Origin: Mobula hypostoma
Taxonomy: Eukaryota
DNA: 60,000 bases
Assembly (NCBI RefSeq): GCF_963921235.1
Contig: NC_086108.1
Coordinates: 95,730,001 to 95,790,000, forward strand
Direction: 5' to 3'
Below the pieces are notes generated by a model that made no database searches, was not told the DNA's origin, and was given only the letters and a program-made list of their open reading frames with translations. Of the stretch, positions 39,400 to 50,498 are shown piece after piece. Both the position numbers and the translations under genes were made by a program. The number at the start of each line of letters is the position of its first letter. Position 1 is the first letter of the stretch.

Positions 39400-39700
39400 C
39401 TTGTCCAATCAAGAGACTCTCTGCAACATCTTTCAATCCTGTACTTTGGAGTGTCCATACCAGGCTGCGACGTAGCTAGTCAGGAACATCTACAGAAATC
39501 TGCAAGAGTCTTTGGAGGCATACCAATTCTCCTCCAACTCATAACAAAGTAGAGCCGCTAACTCTTCATGAGCGCATTGAGTGATGGATTCAGGACAGAT
39601 CCTCTGAGACGCTGACGCCCAGGAAGTTGAAGCTGCTCACCTCTTCTGCCACTGACCCCTCAATCAAGACTGCTGTGTGTTCTCCCTACTTCCCCTTCCA
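39400..39700 (-). mobile_element. Rex1/Babar fragment
   Basis: matches 31280-31590 (gtgtccataccaggctg, caggacagatcctctgag, aagttgaagctgctcac). Confidence 0.75.
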
Positions 39701-40229
39701 GAAGGGAAGGGGAAGAAGAAGAACAAGCTGCATCTGTGAAAATAGACCCTCACAGGAACCAGCTTACGAAGGACAGTGCCATTAGAAATGCGAGGTGGTT
39801 GTGGACCAGACAGTTACGAAGGGAATGGTCTCTTCAAAAAGCTAAAATAGATTTAACTAGCGATGGAATCACTTTGAAAGTGGCAGAGTCTCTTTATCTT
39901 TTTATTGCTCTGACTGACTGATGGCAAGTCTAAAAGATAGTTCATTGCAACTTCAAGTCAAGGTTACCCACAAAGGGAGATACTGTATTCCAGTATTGGC
40001 TGTTTCTTTATTCCTGATTATTTATTTATTAGCAATACTGTACAGCAACAGGCTCTTCTGGCCCAATGAGCCCCCACAACCCAGTTACAGTGGAGAACAT
40101 TATCAGGATATGATCTTTAGCCTTTGAGTCACAGAGCATCTTGTCAACTCACAACAGTAAAGAATCGACATGTCATGATTGCAGTGAGTTACTGAATCAC
40201 CCATTCTCCTTCCACCCAGTCTGCCTTAA

Positions 40230-40715
40230 GTCATGGAATTTCTGCTGGACCAGCATAATCAAAGACCCCATCTACCCCAGACATTCTCTCTTCTGTCACA
40301 TCAGGCAGAAGGTGCAAAAACCAAAAAGCATGCACTACCAGGGTCAAGGACAGCTTTTATTTTAAATGGATCTCTTATATGGTAAGGTGGCTCTTGACCT
40401 CACCAATCAATTACCTGCACTGCACTTTTTCAGTAGCCTTTACACTTTACTCTACATTGTTACTGTTTTACCTTATTTTAGCTCAATGCTCTAGTTGGGC
40501 GGCTTTTCATTGATTCCGTTATGGTTCTTATTCAATAGTTTTATTGAGTTTTCCCACAAGAAAAAGAATCTCAGAGTTGTATATAGTGATACATATGTAA
40601 TTTGATGATAAAATTACTTAGAACTGTGTAATGATTTGTTCTCCAAGAACAGTATGCAAGATAAGCATTTCAATGAACCTTGTTCCATGTGACAATAATA
40701 AACCAATACCAATTC
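40230..40715 (+). mobile_element. Rex1/Babar 3' ends (decayed, two tails)
   Basis: ccagcataatcaaagacccc, catcaggcagaagg, gtgacaataataaaccaatacc. Confidence 0.65.
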
Positions 40716-40986
40716 CATCTCCCTCAGACACTTATAAAGCTGATTTCTTCTTGGGCCAGGGTGGAATATCCAACTGAAGGACTAATTAGCACCTGAATAG
40801 GACTACAAAAAAAAAACAGTCCAGGTAGTTCATAAAAGAAAAGTCAAGAATTTCCCTATTAGTGCTAACTGTGGTGGACTCCAGGCTTGTTCAGAGACCC
40901 CTCTATGTTGGGTGACGTAGGGTACCGTATGAGGGGTTTGTAAAGACTCCTGTCAATAACAGTCTTAACAAGGAAAATGCATCCTA

Positions 40987-41099
40987 GCAACACACATCAA
41001 AGTTGCTGGTGAACGCAGCAGGCCAGGCAGCATCTCTAGGAAGAGATACAGTCGACGTTTCGGGCCGAGACCCTTCATCATGACTAACTGAAGGAAGTG
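40987..41099 (-). mobile_element. 113-bp Penelope-derived insertion with TSD
   Basis: flanked by aaggaaaatgcatccta (40970-40986) and aaggaaatgcatccta (41100-41115). Confidence 0.88.
41049..41086 (-). ncRNA. Minimal type I hammerhead ribozyme motif, C3A variant
   Basis: minus strand UAGUC AUGAUGA A GGGUCUCGGCCC GAAAC GUC^GACUG; stems I and II intact. Confidence 0.75.
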
Positions 41100-41290
41100 A
41101 AGGAAATGCATCCTACTTTGGTCACTGCAGTTAGTTTTGTCCCCTTCAGCTTTGAATAGCTTTCGCTGAGATGGACAAACTTCGTTCAAGATTCACAATA
41201 CTGAGCAGAGGAATGAAACAATGTACATGGTGACTGCTGAGGGTTCATGGACCCCCTCAGGGTGGATGAGAATAAACTAAAGATCATAGG

Positions 41291-43793
41291 ATAGCAGATA
41301 CTTGTAGTAAGCACAAGGTTGTAATTGTGGGAGATTTTAATTTTCCACATATAGACTGGGAAGCCCATTCTGTAAAAGGGCTGGATGGTTTGGACTTTGT
41401 CAAATGTGTGCAAGATAGTTTTTTGCAGCAATACATAGAGGTACCAACTAGAGAAGGGGCAGTGTTGGATCTCCTGTTAGGGAATGAGATAGGGCAGGTG
41501 ACAGAGGTATGTGTTGGGGAGCACTTTGGGTCCAGTGATCACAATACCATTAGTTTCAATATAATTATGGAGAAGGATAGGACTGGACCCAGGGTTGAGA
41601 TTTTTGATTGGAGAAAGGCTAACTTTGAGGAGATGCAAAAGGATTTAGAAGGAGTGGATTGGGACAATTTGTTTTATGGGAAGGATGTAATAGAGAAATG
41701 GAGATCATTTAAAGGTGAAATTTTGAGGGTACAGGATCTTTATGTTCCTGTTAGGTTGAAAGGAAAGGTTAAAAGATTGAAAGAGCCATGGTTTTCAAGG
41801 GATATTGGAAATTTGGTTCAGAAAAAGAGAGGGATCTTCAATACATATAGGCAGCTTGGAGTTAATGAGGTGCTTGAGGAATATAAAGAATGTAAAAAGA
41901 ATCTTAAGAAAGAAATTAGAAAAGCTAAAAGAAGATACGAGGCTGCTTTGGCAAGTAAGGTGAAAATAAATCCAAAGGGTTTCTATAGTTATGTTAATAG
42001 CAAAAGGATAGTGAGGGATAAAATTGGTCCCTTAGAGAATCAGAGTGGACGGCTATGTGCAGAGCCAAAAGAGATGGGGGAGATTTTGAACAATTTCATC
42101 TCTTCGGTATTCACTGACGAGAAGGATATTGAATTGTGTAAAGTAAAGGAAACAAGAAGGGTAGTTATAGAAAGTATGACGATTAAAGAAGAGGAAGTAC
42201 TGGCCCGTTTAAGGAATATAAAAGTGGATAAGTCTCCGGGTCCGGACAAGATATTCCCTAGGACCTTGAAGGAAGTTAGTGTGGAAATAGCAGAGGCTTT
42301 GACAGAAATATTTCAAATGTCATTAGAAACGGGGATGGTGCTGGAGGATTGACGTATTGTTCATGTGGTTCCATTGTTTAAAAAGGGTTCTAAGAGTAAA
42401 CCTAGCAATTATTGGCCTGTGAGTTTGTCGTCAGTGGTGGGTAAATTGATGGAAAGTATTCTTAGAGATGGTATATATAATTATCTGGACAGACAGGGTC
42501 TGATTAGGAACAGTCAGCATGGATTTGTGCGTGGAAGGTCATGTTTGACAAATCTTACTGAATGTTTTGATGAGGTTACTAAGAAAGTTGACGAGGGTAA
42601 AGCAGTGGATGTTGTCTATATGGACTTCAGTAAGGCCTTTGACAAGGTTCCACATGGAAGGTTAGTTAGGAAGGTTCAATTGTTAGGCATTAATATCGAA
42701 GTAGTAAAATGGATTCAGCAGTGGCTGGATGGGAGATGCCAGAGAGTAGTGGTGGATAACTGTGTGTCAGATTGGAGGACGGTGTGTAGCGGTGTGCCTC
42801 AGGGATCTGTACTGGGTTCAATGTTGTTTGTCATATATATTAATGATCTGGATGATGGGGTGGTAAATTGGATTAGTAAGTATGCAGATGATACGAAGAT
42901 AGGTGGCGTTGTGGATAATGAAGTAGGTTTTCAAAGCTTGCAGAGAGATTTAGGCCAGTTAGAAAAGTGGGCTGAAAGATGGCAGGTGGAGTTTAATGCT
43001 GAAAAATGTGAGGTGCTACATTTTGGTAGGACTAATCAAAATAGGACATACATGGTAAATGGTAGGGCATTGAAGAATGCTGTAGAACAGAGGGATCTAG
43101 GAATAATGGTGCATAGTTCCCTGAAGGAGGAATCTCATGTGGATAGGGTGGTGAAGGAAGTTTTCAGTATGCTGGCCTTTATTAATCAGAGTATTGAGTA
43201 TAGGAGTTGGGATGTAATGTTGAAATTTTATAAGGCATTGGTGAACCCAAATTTGGAGTATTGTGTACAGTTCTGGTCACCGAATTATAGGAAAGATGTC
43301 AATAAAATTGAGAGAGTACAGAGGAGGTTTACTAAAATGTTGCCTGGGTTTCATCTCCTAAGTTACAGAGAAAGGTTGAACAAGTTAGGTCTTTATTCTT
43401 TGGAGCATAGAAGGTTGAGGGGGGACTTGATAGAGGTGTTTAAAATTATGAGGGGGATTGATAGAGTTGACATGGATAGGCTTTTTCCATTGAGAATGGG
43501 GGAGATTCAAACAAGAGGACAGGAGTTGAGAGTTAAAGGGCAAAAGTTTAGGGGTAACATGAGGGGAACTTCTTTACTCAGAGAGTGGTAGCTGTGTGGA
43601 ACGAGCTTCCAGCAGAAGTGGTTGAGGCAGGTTCAATGTTGTCGTTTAAAGTTAAATTGGATAGATATATGGACAGGAAAGGAATGGATGGTTATGGGCT
43701 CAGTGCAGGTCGGTGGGATTAGGTGAGAGTAAGAGTTCGGCACGGACTAGAAGTGCCAAGATGGCCTGTTTCCGTGCTGTAATTGTTATATGG
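41291..43793 (+). mobile_element. Young CR1 LINE, 5'-truncated in endonuclease, nearly intact ORF2
   Basis: 341-aa and 408-aa ORFs in the same frame split by one TGA (42350-42352); GDFNFP, SDHN, YMDFSKAFDKVPH, GVPQGSVLG, YADDTK; TSD tcatagg 41284-41290/43794-43800. Confidence 0.97.
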
Positions 43794-44485
43794 TCATAGG
43801 TTTAGTCTGAAAGGAGGAATAATTAATGGGAATCTGAGGGAACTACATCACTCAGGAAGTAGTACAAGTGTGGAATGAGCTGCCAGCTGCAGCACTAGCT
43901 GCAGGTTCGAGTGTAACATCTAAGAGAAGTTTCAAGGCTAAAGGTAAATTTATTACCAAAGTACATATATACCATCATATAAAACTCTGAGATTCATTTT
44001 CGTGGCATTCACAATAAATAAGAAACACTATAATCAAAGAAGACTGCCCCAATAGGACAAGCAATCAATGTGCAAAAGACAAGTTGCAAACACAGAAAGA
44101 AAACAAATAATAATAAATAAACAAACAAATAAGAAATAAATAGAGAGCATGAGATGAAGAGGCTTTGAAAGTGAGTACATAGGTTGTGGGAACAGTTCAG
44201 TGATGGAGTGAGTGAAGTCATCTCCTCTCGCTCAAGAGCATGATGTAATAGGTGTAATATCTATTACTGAACATGATGGTATGGATCCTGACACTCCTCC
44301 TTCCTGATGACAGCAGCGAAAAAAAGAGCACAACCTGGACGGTGTGGTTCCCTGATGATGGATACTGCACAAGAAGGTTTTGGAGAGATCTGGTCTGAGT
44401 GCAGGTAGATGGGACTACGCAGAAATCAGGGTGGTATGGGATTAGATGGGCCAAGGGGCCTGTTTCTGTGCTGTAGTGGTCTGTG
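43794..44485 (+). mobile_element. Older CR1 3' remnant (starts approx. 41250; 43794-43930 and 44372-44485) interrupted by a minus-strand Rex 3' fragment (43931-44370)
   Basis: gtgtggaatgagctgcc; gagtgcaggtagatgggacta; intervening part matches 30845-31220. Confidence 0.75.
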
Positions 44486-45084
44486 ACTATGGCCACAGCT
44501 GGATCTATTAGTGGTTGTTCTGCCCCTTCTCATGTAGTTACAGGGCTAAACCAAGCAAATGCAAGCGGATCAGCACTTCTCTGCAAAACCAACTCAAGAA
44601 ATTTCTTACTTTGAAAAGAGAAAATATAAAATTCACAAGACATTTCTGAATCTGAAGTATTCAACATTGTATAAACTACAAATTAAATAAAACTCCCTCA
44701 GAGCCACAGATTGTACATTAAGCCTGTACACAGGTCAATGCATTTGCCTAGTGTTCTCTGAAAAGATTCAATTAAGGAGCTGAAATGATTTTTGACATAA
44801 AGCCAATTTAAAAAAAGAACAGTTCCATCATTCAGTCCTTTCACTAGCTTATAAGACTTAGAATGCAATCAAATCACATTGAACCCATTAACTAAGAGTT
44901 CTCAAAAAAAAACTAATGTCATACTTCAAACACACACAAGGATCGGGGAGATACTGTGGAGAATATGCCTCCTGGTCAGAACTCTATACAGCTAAGCAGT
45001 TCAAGCTACAACAGTCAGGGGATAAGCACAATGATGCTGCTGGTATTTGACATGCCTCACAGAAGACGTGTCAAACCTCAGACT

Positions 45085-45263
45085 TCTCCTCCTTTAAGGC
45101 GTAAGTTGATCGTTTCCTGATCAGTCAGGGTAACAAAGGATACGGCAAGAAGACAGGTGTATGGGGTCCAGTGGAGTCCAGGATCAGCCACGATGGAAAT
45201 GGCAGAGCAAACTCGACGGGTTGAATGGCCTAATTCTGCTCCTATGTCCTATGTCTTATGGTC
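45085..45263 (+). mobile_element. CR1 3' end
   Basis: ttcctgatcagtcaggg...ggcctaattctgctcctatgtcctatgtcttatggt. Confidence 0.8.
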
Positions 45264-45299
45264 TCTTCATGTCTCTCTGACTACTGATAGTGGTAGTTA

Positions 45300-45660
45300 G
45301 ATCACTCAAGTCGAATGTGATGTTCTCCCAAGGGGTTGTCTATTGGCGAGTCCTCAGATCAGGGCAGAGGCCAATCTAGGATCCACATTCTGGTGCAGTG
45401 TGGATATGCGTAAGTGGTGGCCCTGGTTAGTGGTCGGGTCTTTTAGTTGTTCAATCTTTCCTTTCACAGCTGCCGCTTATTTTCTGTGGCACAGCGGAGG
45501 CTGGTCTCATGTAGTGCAGCTTCCTTAAACAGATTTCCTCCAGGTGTATCTATTGAGTGCCATGTCTTCCCAGTTTTTAGATGTAATGTTGAATTTCTTC
45601 AGGCTAATTTTGATGATCTGTGAAACATTTCCTTTACCCACCAGAGGATCTCTAACTAGA
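45300..45660 (-). mobile_element. RTE LINE C-terminal remnant
   Basis: minus-strand IKISLKKFNITSKNWEDMALNRYTWRKSV resembles RTE ORF C-terminus. Confidence 0.65.
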
Positions 45661-45713
45661 TCATGCGCTCACCTCTAAACTTCAAGGCCACTGTCTCTCA
45701 GGACACTTCAAAA

Positions 45714-46225
45714 TTCAAGATTGTTTAATGTTATTTCCAGTACACAAGTGTAAAGGAGAAAAAAATAATTGTTACTCCAGATTCAGTGTAGCACAAAAAA
45801 CATAAGATAGAGAAAACAATAATAAAAGACACAATAAATATAAATATGCAAAATAGCTTGTAACAGAGATTGGTTGTAGAAATGTCCATAAAGTGACACG
45901 AGACATAGGAGTGTCTGTACATAAGGTGACCCTGACAGGAAATGATAAAGTAGTGGTGGTGGTGGAATGTGGAGGGGTAGGTTAGTGAGTGGAGATACTG
46001 ATCAACCTTACTGCTTTGGGAAGGTATCTGTTTTTGAGTCTGGTGGTCCTGGTGTGGATGCTATGCAGTCCCCTTCCTGATGGAGTAGGACAAACAGTCC
46101 ATGAGCAGGGTAGGTGGGATCCTTCATAACTTTACTGGACCTTTTCCGACACCTTTCTGTATACATGGCCTTGACAACACGTAGGCTGGTGCTGGTGATG
46201 CGTTAGGCAGTTTTGACTACCTTTC
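45714..46225 (-). mobile_element. Rex1/Babar 3' fragment
   Basis: tgtttttgagtctggtggtcc, cctgatggagtagg, tgctggtgatgcgttaggcag. Confidence 0.75.
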
Positions 46226-46352
46226 ATTTCCTTGTGAGATCTCCCATCCACCCCTAAAGTGCTCACTTGTATCTCCTCCCCAAGGTGCTCAAGCATGACT
46301 GCACTGGTGAACCAGTGGTGCTCGTTTCACAAAACTGGCGTCTTACTCCTTT

Positions 46353-46492
46353 TAAAAACGCAAACACGAGGAATTCTGCAGATGCTGGAAATTCAAGCAA
46401 CATACATCAAAGTTGCTAGTGAGGCCAGGCAGCATCTCTAGGAGGAGGTACAGTCGACGTTTCAGGCCGAGACCCTTCGTCAGGACCCTTCG
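46353..46492 (-). mobile_element. 140-bp Penelope-derived insertion with TSD
   Basis: 10-bp direct repeat ttactccttt at 46343-46352 and 46493-46502; same subfamily as 40987-41099. Confidence 0.85.
46451..46488 (-). ncRNA. Minimal type I hammerhead ribozyme motif with intact core
   Basis: minus strand GGGUC CUGACGA AGGGUCUCGGCCU GAAAC GUC^GACUG: CUGANGA, GAAA and GUC all present; stem I GGUC/GACU; palindromic ACGU stem III. Confidence 0.8.
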
Positions 46493-46559
46493 TTACTCCT
46501 TTGCACAGTTCCTTACCTACTTGCATCTTTCTGCAGTTTCCTGGCTCTCAAATGGCTCA

Positions 46560-47715
46560 CCTTCATGTCCAATCTCTCAAAACTTCCCCCACATTAAAAT
46601 GGCCAAAGGGCCCAACCAGTCCTTCTCCACCATCTCCCCACTTCAACTGGCTGAACACATTCACACACCAAACATCTTATCCTTCAAATTCCGTTCACTT
46701 TCCCCAAGTCGAGATGTAGCTGTGGGAACTCAGTTGCAACCAAGCAATAACTGTCTGTTTACTATGTCTGTTCATTGGGAACTTTCCTTTATTTGGTTCT
46801 ATCCAGACTCCTGCCTCACTTCTGCTATCTTGGTGACTACTGTTGCTGCGTTCTTCACATGTACAGACGTTGAAAATGTGTTTTCCACCCTGCTCTCACT
46901 TTCAAATGATCCATTTCTGACGTTTCCTCTTCCAACTACTCAACTTCCATCATAAGAGACAAACTGGCTACCAATATCCATTGTTAGGTTATCAACCTTC
47001 ATCATGACCTCCACTACAACTTACAAGGACTCTATTTTCCAATCAGTTTCTAACCCAAGATGACAAAGCTTTCCACATCAATGCCTTCCTTTCTCTTTAA
47101 CCATTGCTTCCCTTCCACCACAGTTGTCAGGGTTCTGAAACACAACTCCTCTACTCTGCACACTTCTGCTCTCAGCTAGTATATGGCTAAGGCTTCCCTT
47201 ATCCTCACCTCCCATCCCACTGGTCCCCATATTCAATGGATCATCCTCCATAATCTCCATCGCCAACAAGTTTAAATCTTCCCCTCATCCAGCATTCTGT
47301 ATGGACTGATTCTCTCTGTAGTTTCCTGACACATCTTTCCATCGCCACCAAGCACCCCCCTCAATTCAAGAGCTCGTGGTTTTGAAGATTAGGTACATTA
47401 GCTTGGACATGGATGAACCAGCAGGAATCAGCAAGTTTCAGGGTGATGTCGTAGTCAGCATACGCAACAGACGCAAGGCTTTTAATCCATTGTGTCCATG
47501 CCAACCAGTAAGTACCCAGCTACATTAATCCCATTATCATTACTTGATACTGAGCTTCCAGTCACCTGTCACATTAATTCTCCGTTCCAATCCCACTCTG
47601 ACCTCATCTCCCTATATTGAGCGTCAATGCCAACTCAAGGAACAGGACCTCATTTTGTCTGCCTACAATAAGGCTCTTGGGACTTAAGACTGAATTTAAC
47701 TCCATCAGATAACTG
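46560..47715 (+). mobile_element. Highly decayed Penelope-like element (RT + GIY-YIG remnants)
   Basis: DVAVGTQLQPSNNCLF resembles PLE RT GVAMGT.MGPSYACLF; caactcaaggaacaggacctcatttt...gggacttaagactgaattt resembles LEEQHLIF...GLN.EF. Confidence 0.65.
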
Positions 47716-47777
47716 TTTTTCTTCCTTTCTCTCTCCACAAGTGTGGCTGTACCTCTCCAGTTCCCTTTTCCTTCCTT

Positions 47778-48660
47778 AGAAACATAGAAATCTACAGCAT
47801 ATTACAGGCCCTTCAGCCCACAATGTTATACCGACCATGTAACCTACTCTCGAAGCTGCCTAGAATTTCCCTACTGCATAGCCCTCTATTTTTTTTAAGC
47901 TCCATGTAACTATCTAATAGTCTCTTAAAAGACCCCGTTGTATCCGCCTTTACCACTTTCACACTGGCAATGCATTCCACGCACCCACCACTGTCTGTGT
48001 GAAAAACTTACCTCTGACATCCCCCTTGTATCTGCTTCCAAGCACCTTAAAACTATGCCCCCTCGTGTTAGCCATTTCAGCCCTGGGAAAAAGTCTCTGA
48101 CTATCCATATGATCAATGCCTCTCATCATCTTATACACCTCTATCAGGTCACCTCTCATCCGCTGTTGTTCCAAGGAGAAAAAGGCCAAGTTCACTCAAC
48201 CTATTCTCATAAGCTTGCTCTCCAATCCGGGCAATATCCTTGTAAATCTCCTCTGCACTCTCTCCTTTCATCTTTCCTTTCATGAGATGACCAGAACTGA
48301 ACACAGTACTCCAAGTGAGGTCTGACCAAAGTCTTGTGTAGCTGTAGCATTACCTCATGGCTCTTGAACTCAATCTTTGATCCCAAGATCTCAATGATCC
48401 TCCACACTAACAAGAGTCTTACTATTAATATTATATTCTTTCTTCAAATTTGACCTACTCAAATGAACCACTTCACACTTATCAGGGTTGAATTCCATCT
48501 GCAACTTCTCAACCCAGTTCTGCATCCTATCAATATCTCACTGTAACCTCTGACAAACCTCCAGACTATCCACAATACCCCCAACTTTTGTGTCATTCTG
48601 ACATACCCTCTGACAACCCTCCAGACTATCCACAATACCCCCAACTTTTGTGTCATTCTG
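47778..48660 (-). mobile_element. CR1 3' fragment, same family as 3602-4487
   Basis: RMRGDLIEVYKMMRGID, LHKTLVRPHLEYCVQFWS; agaaacatagaaa tail. Confidence 0.92.
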
Positions 48661-48665
48661 ACATA
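48547..48665. repeat. 60-bp tandem duplication at CR1 5' junction
   Basis: cctctgacaa(a/c)cctccagactatccacaatacccccaacttttgtgtcattctgacata twice. Confidence 0.95.
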
Positions 48666-48809
48666 AAAATCAGAAAATGTTAGAAACATTCGGTACATCA
48701 CAGAGCACCAGTGTCACCATTTCAGATCAAGGAACCTCTGTCAGGAAGACAAGGAAACAAACGCGACAAGCAGGTGGGGTGGTGATAATAGAGGAATGAA
48801 GCTTCGAGG

Positions 48810-49890
48810 GCAATGCCTCAAAAAGGCAGTGTCCATCATTAAGGACCCCCACAAACCAGGACATGCCCTCTAAAGAACATAAGAACGTAAGAAACAGAAG
48901 CAGGAGTCGGCTATCTGGCCCGTCAAGCCTGCTCCGCCATTCAACAAGATCATGGCTGATCTGGCCAAGGACTCATCTCCACCTTTTCTCCATAACTCTA
49001 AATTCCCCTACTATACAAAATAAATAAATTATCATTGTACCATCAGGTAGGAGTTACAGAAGCCTGAAGGCACACACTCAATGATTCAGGGATAGCTTCT
49101 TCCCCTCTGCCATCAAATTTCTGAAAGGACATTGATTCCATGAACATTACCTATAGGTTTCAATAGCTACACAATGTCAGAGAAATGTATACAATATACA
49201 TGCAGGATTTTTTTACCCGCAAATATCCACAAAAACAGAAGAATGAATGACGGTTAAAATACTAGAACCCCAAAGCCCACCCCCCCCAGCTCCCCCCTCT
49301 CACGGACAAGCAGCAACAAAGCGACGATGCCCCCCCCACCCCCAAAAAAGCATCAGCACCCTCCACCGAGCACTCAAGCGTGCAGCAAAGCATCAATAAA
49401 GACACAGACTTGCAGTACCTAAAGACTACTCGTTCACCCAGTATTCGACATACCACAGGCTCCCTCTCCCCCTCAAAGGAAAAGGGGCGTCCCCATTTCA
49501 CAGCGAGAGGGAAGACATAACAAACAACTCGCTGATTTACCATGTTAAAAGTCTGTTGTGCCGCTTTTTCCGGGCTCTGCACCCAGAGAGTCAGCACCAA
49601 AAAGGCGCAGCTCTCTGGTCACACAACCCCCAGCAGCTAACCCGCTGCTCCCGATGTTCTGTGTTCTCCTGCGATGCTTCAGTCAGGGGCTCCGGCCTAG
49701 AATCAGCCCGTCTCCAGAGTCATGAAATTTCGGAACACTGAAGGTATGCACACACATAGTAATTCACAGTTTTGTTTCTATATTATCATGTGGATCAATA
49801 AAGTATTATTATTGCATTGTGCTGTTGCCACGAAGTTAACAAATTTCATGGCATCCAAGTCAGTGATAAAAAAAAAAATCTGATTCTGTG
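48810..49890 (+). mobile_element. Rex1/Babar 3' fragment interrupted by a CR1 3' end (48872-49015, minus) and a non-coding retroposon (49157-49740, minus)
   Basis: aggcagtgtccatcattaaggacccc | ccatcaggtaggagttacagaagcctg | acaaatttcatggca...tctgattctg. Confidence 0.7.
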
Positions 49891-50074
49891 GTTAGGAAGT
49901 TGACTATCTGCATCTCACTTTAGTCTCAGGGGAAAGAGAGGCAGACTGACTGACTTGGGGATTCTGCAGGACTTTTCAGGACATCTTAATGCAATTTACA
50001 GCTACTTACTTCTGAAATGCAATACATAAAATTCATGGGAGCCACACAGCAGGCTGTTTATAATCTATTTTATT

Positions 50075-50498
50075 CTTCCTCTTCTCTCTTTTTCCATTCC
50101 CCATTCTGGCACCCTTCTTACCTATTTGTCTCACCTGCATATCACCTTTCTCCTTCCCTTTCTCTCAGGGTCCACTCTCCTCTCCTGCCAGATTTCTTCT
50201 CCTTTAGCCCTTTACCTTTCCCACCTATCACCTCCCAGCTTCTCACTTTATCATCCTCCCACTCACCTTCCCCCTCACTTGGTTTCACCTATCACCTGCC
50301 AGCCTGTACTGTCTTCCCCTCTCCCCATCTTCTTATTCTGGTTTCAGCCCCTTTGCTTTCCCGTCCCGGTTTAAAGCCTCAGCTTTAAGCAGTGACTGTT
50401 TATTCCTCTCCATAGATGGTGCTTGACCTGCTGAGTACCTCCAGCACTCTGTGTGTGTTACTCTGAATTTCCAGCATCTGCAGAATCTCTTGTGTTTG
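50075..50498 (+). mobile_element. Penelope-like 3' fragment (hammerhead region degenerate)
   Basis: pyrimidine-rich tract, gacctgctgagtacctccagca, ccagcatctgcagaatctcttgtgtt. Confidence 0.8.

Noticed and set aside
41327..43591. Longest ORFs as a domesticated or novel RT gene
   Set aside because: Ordinary 5'-truncated CR1 ORF2 with stop, TSD and CR1 tail
46413..46955. 180-aa plus-strand ORF
   Set aside because: Chimeric read-through of a Penelope mini-insertion into decayed Penelope RT sequence
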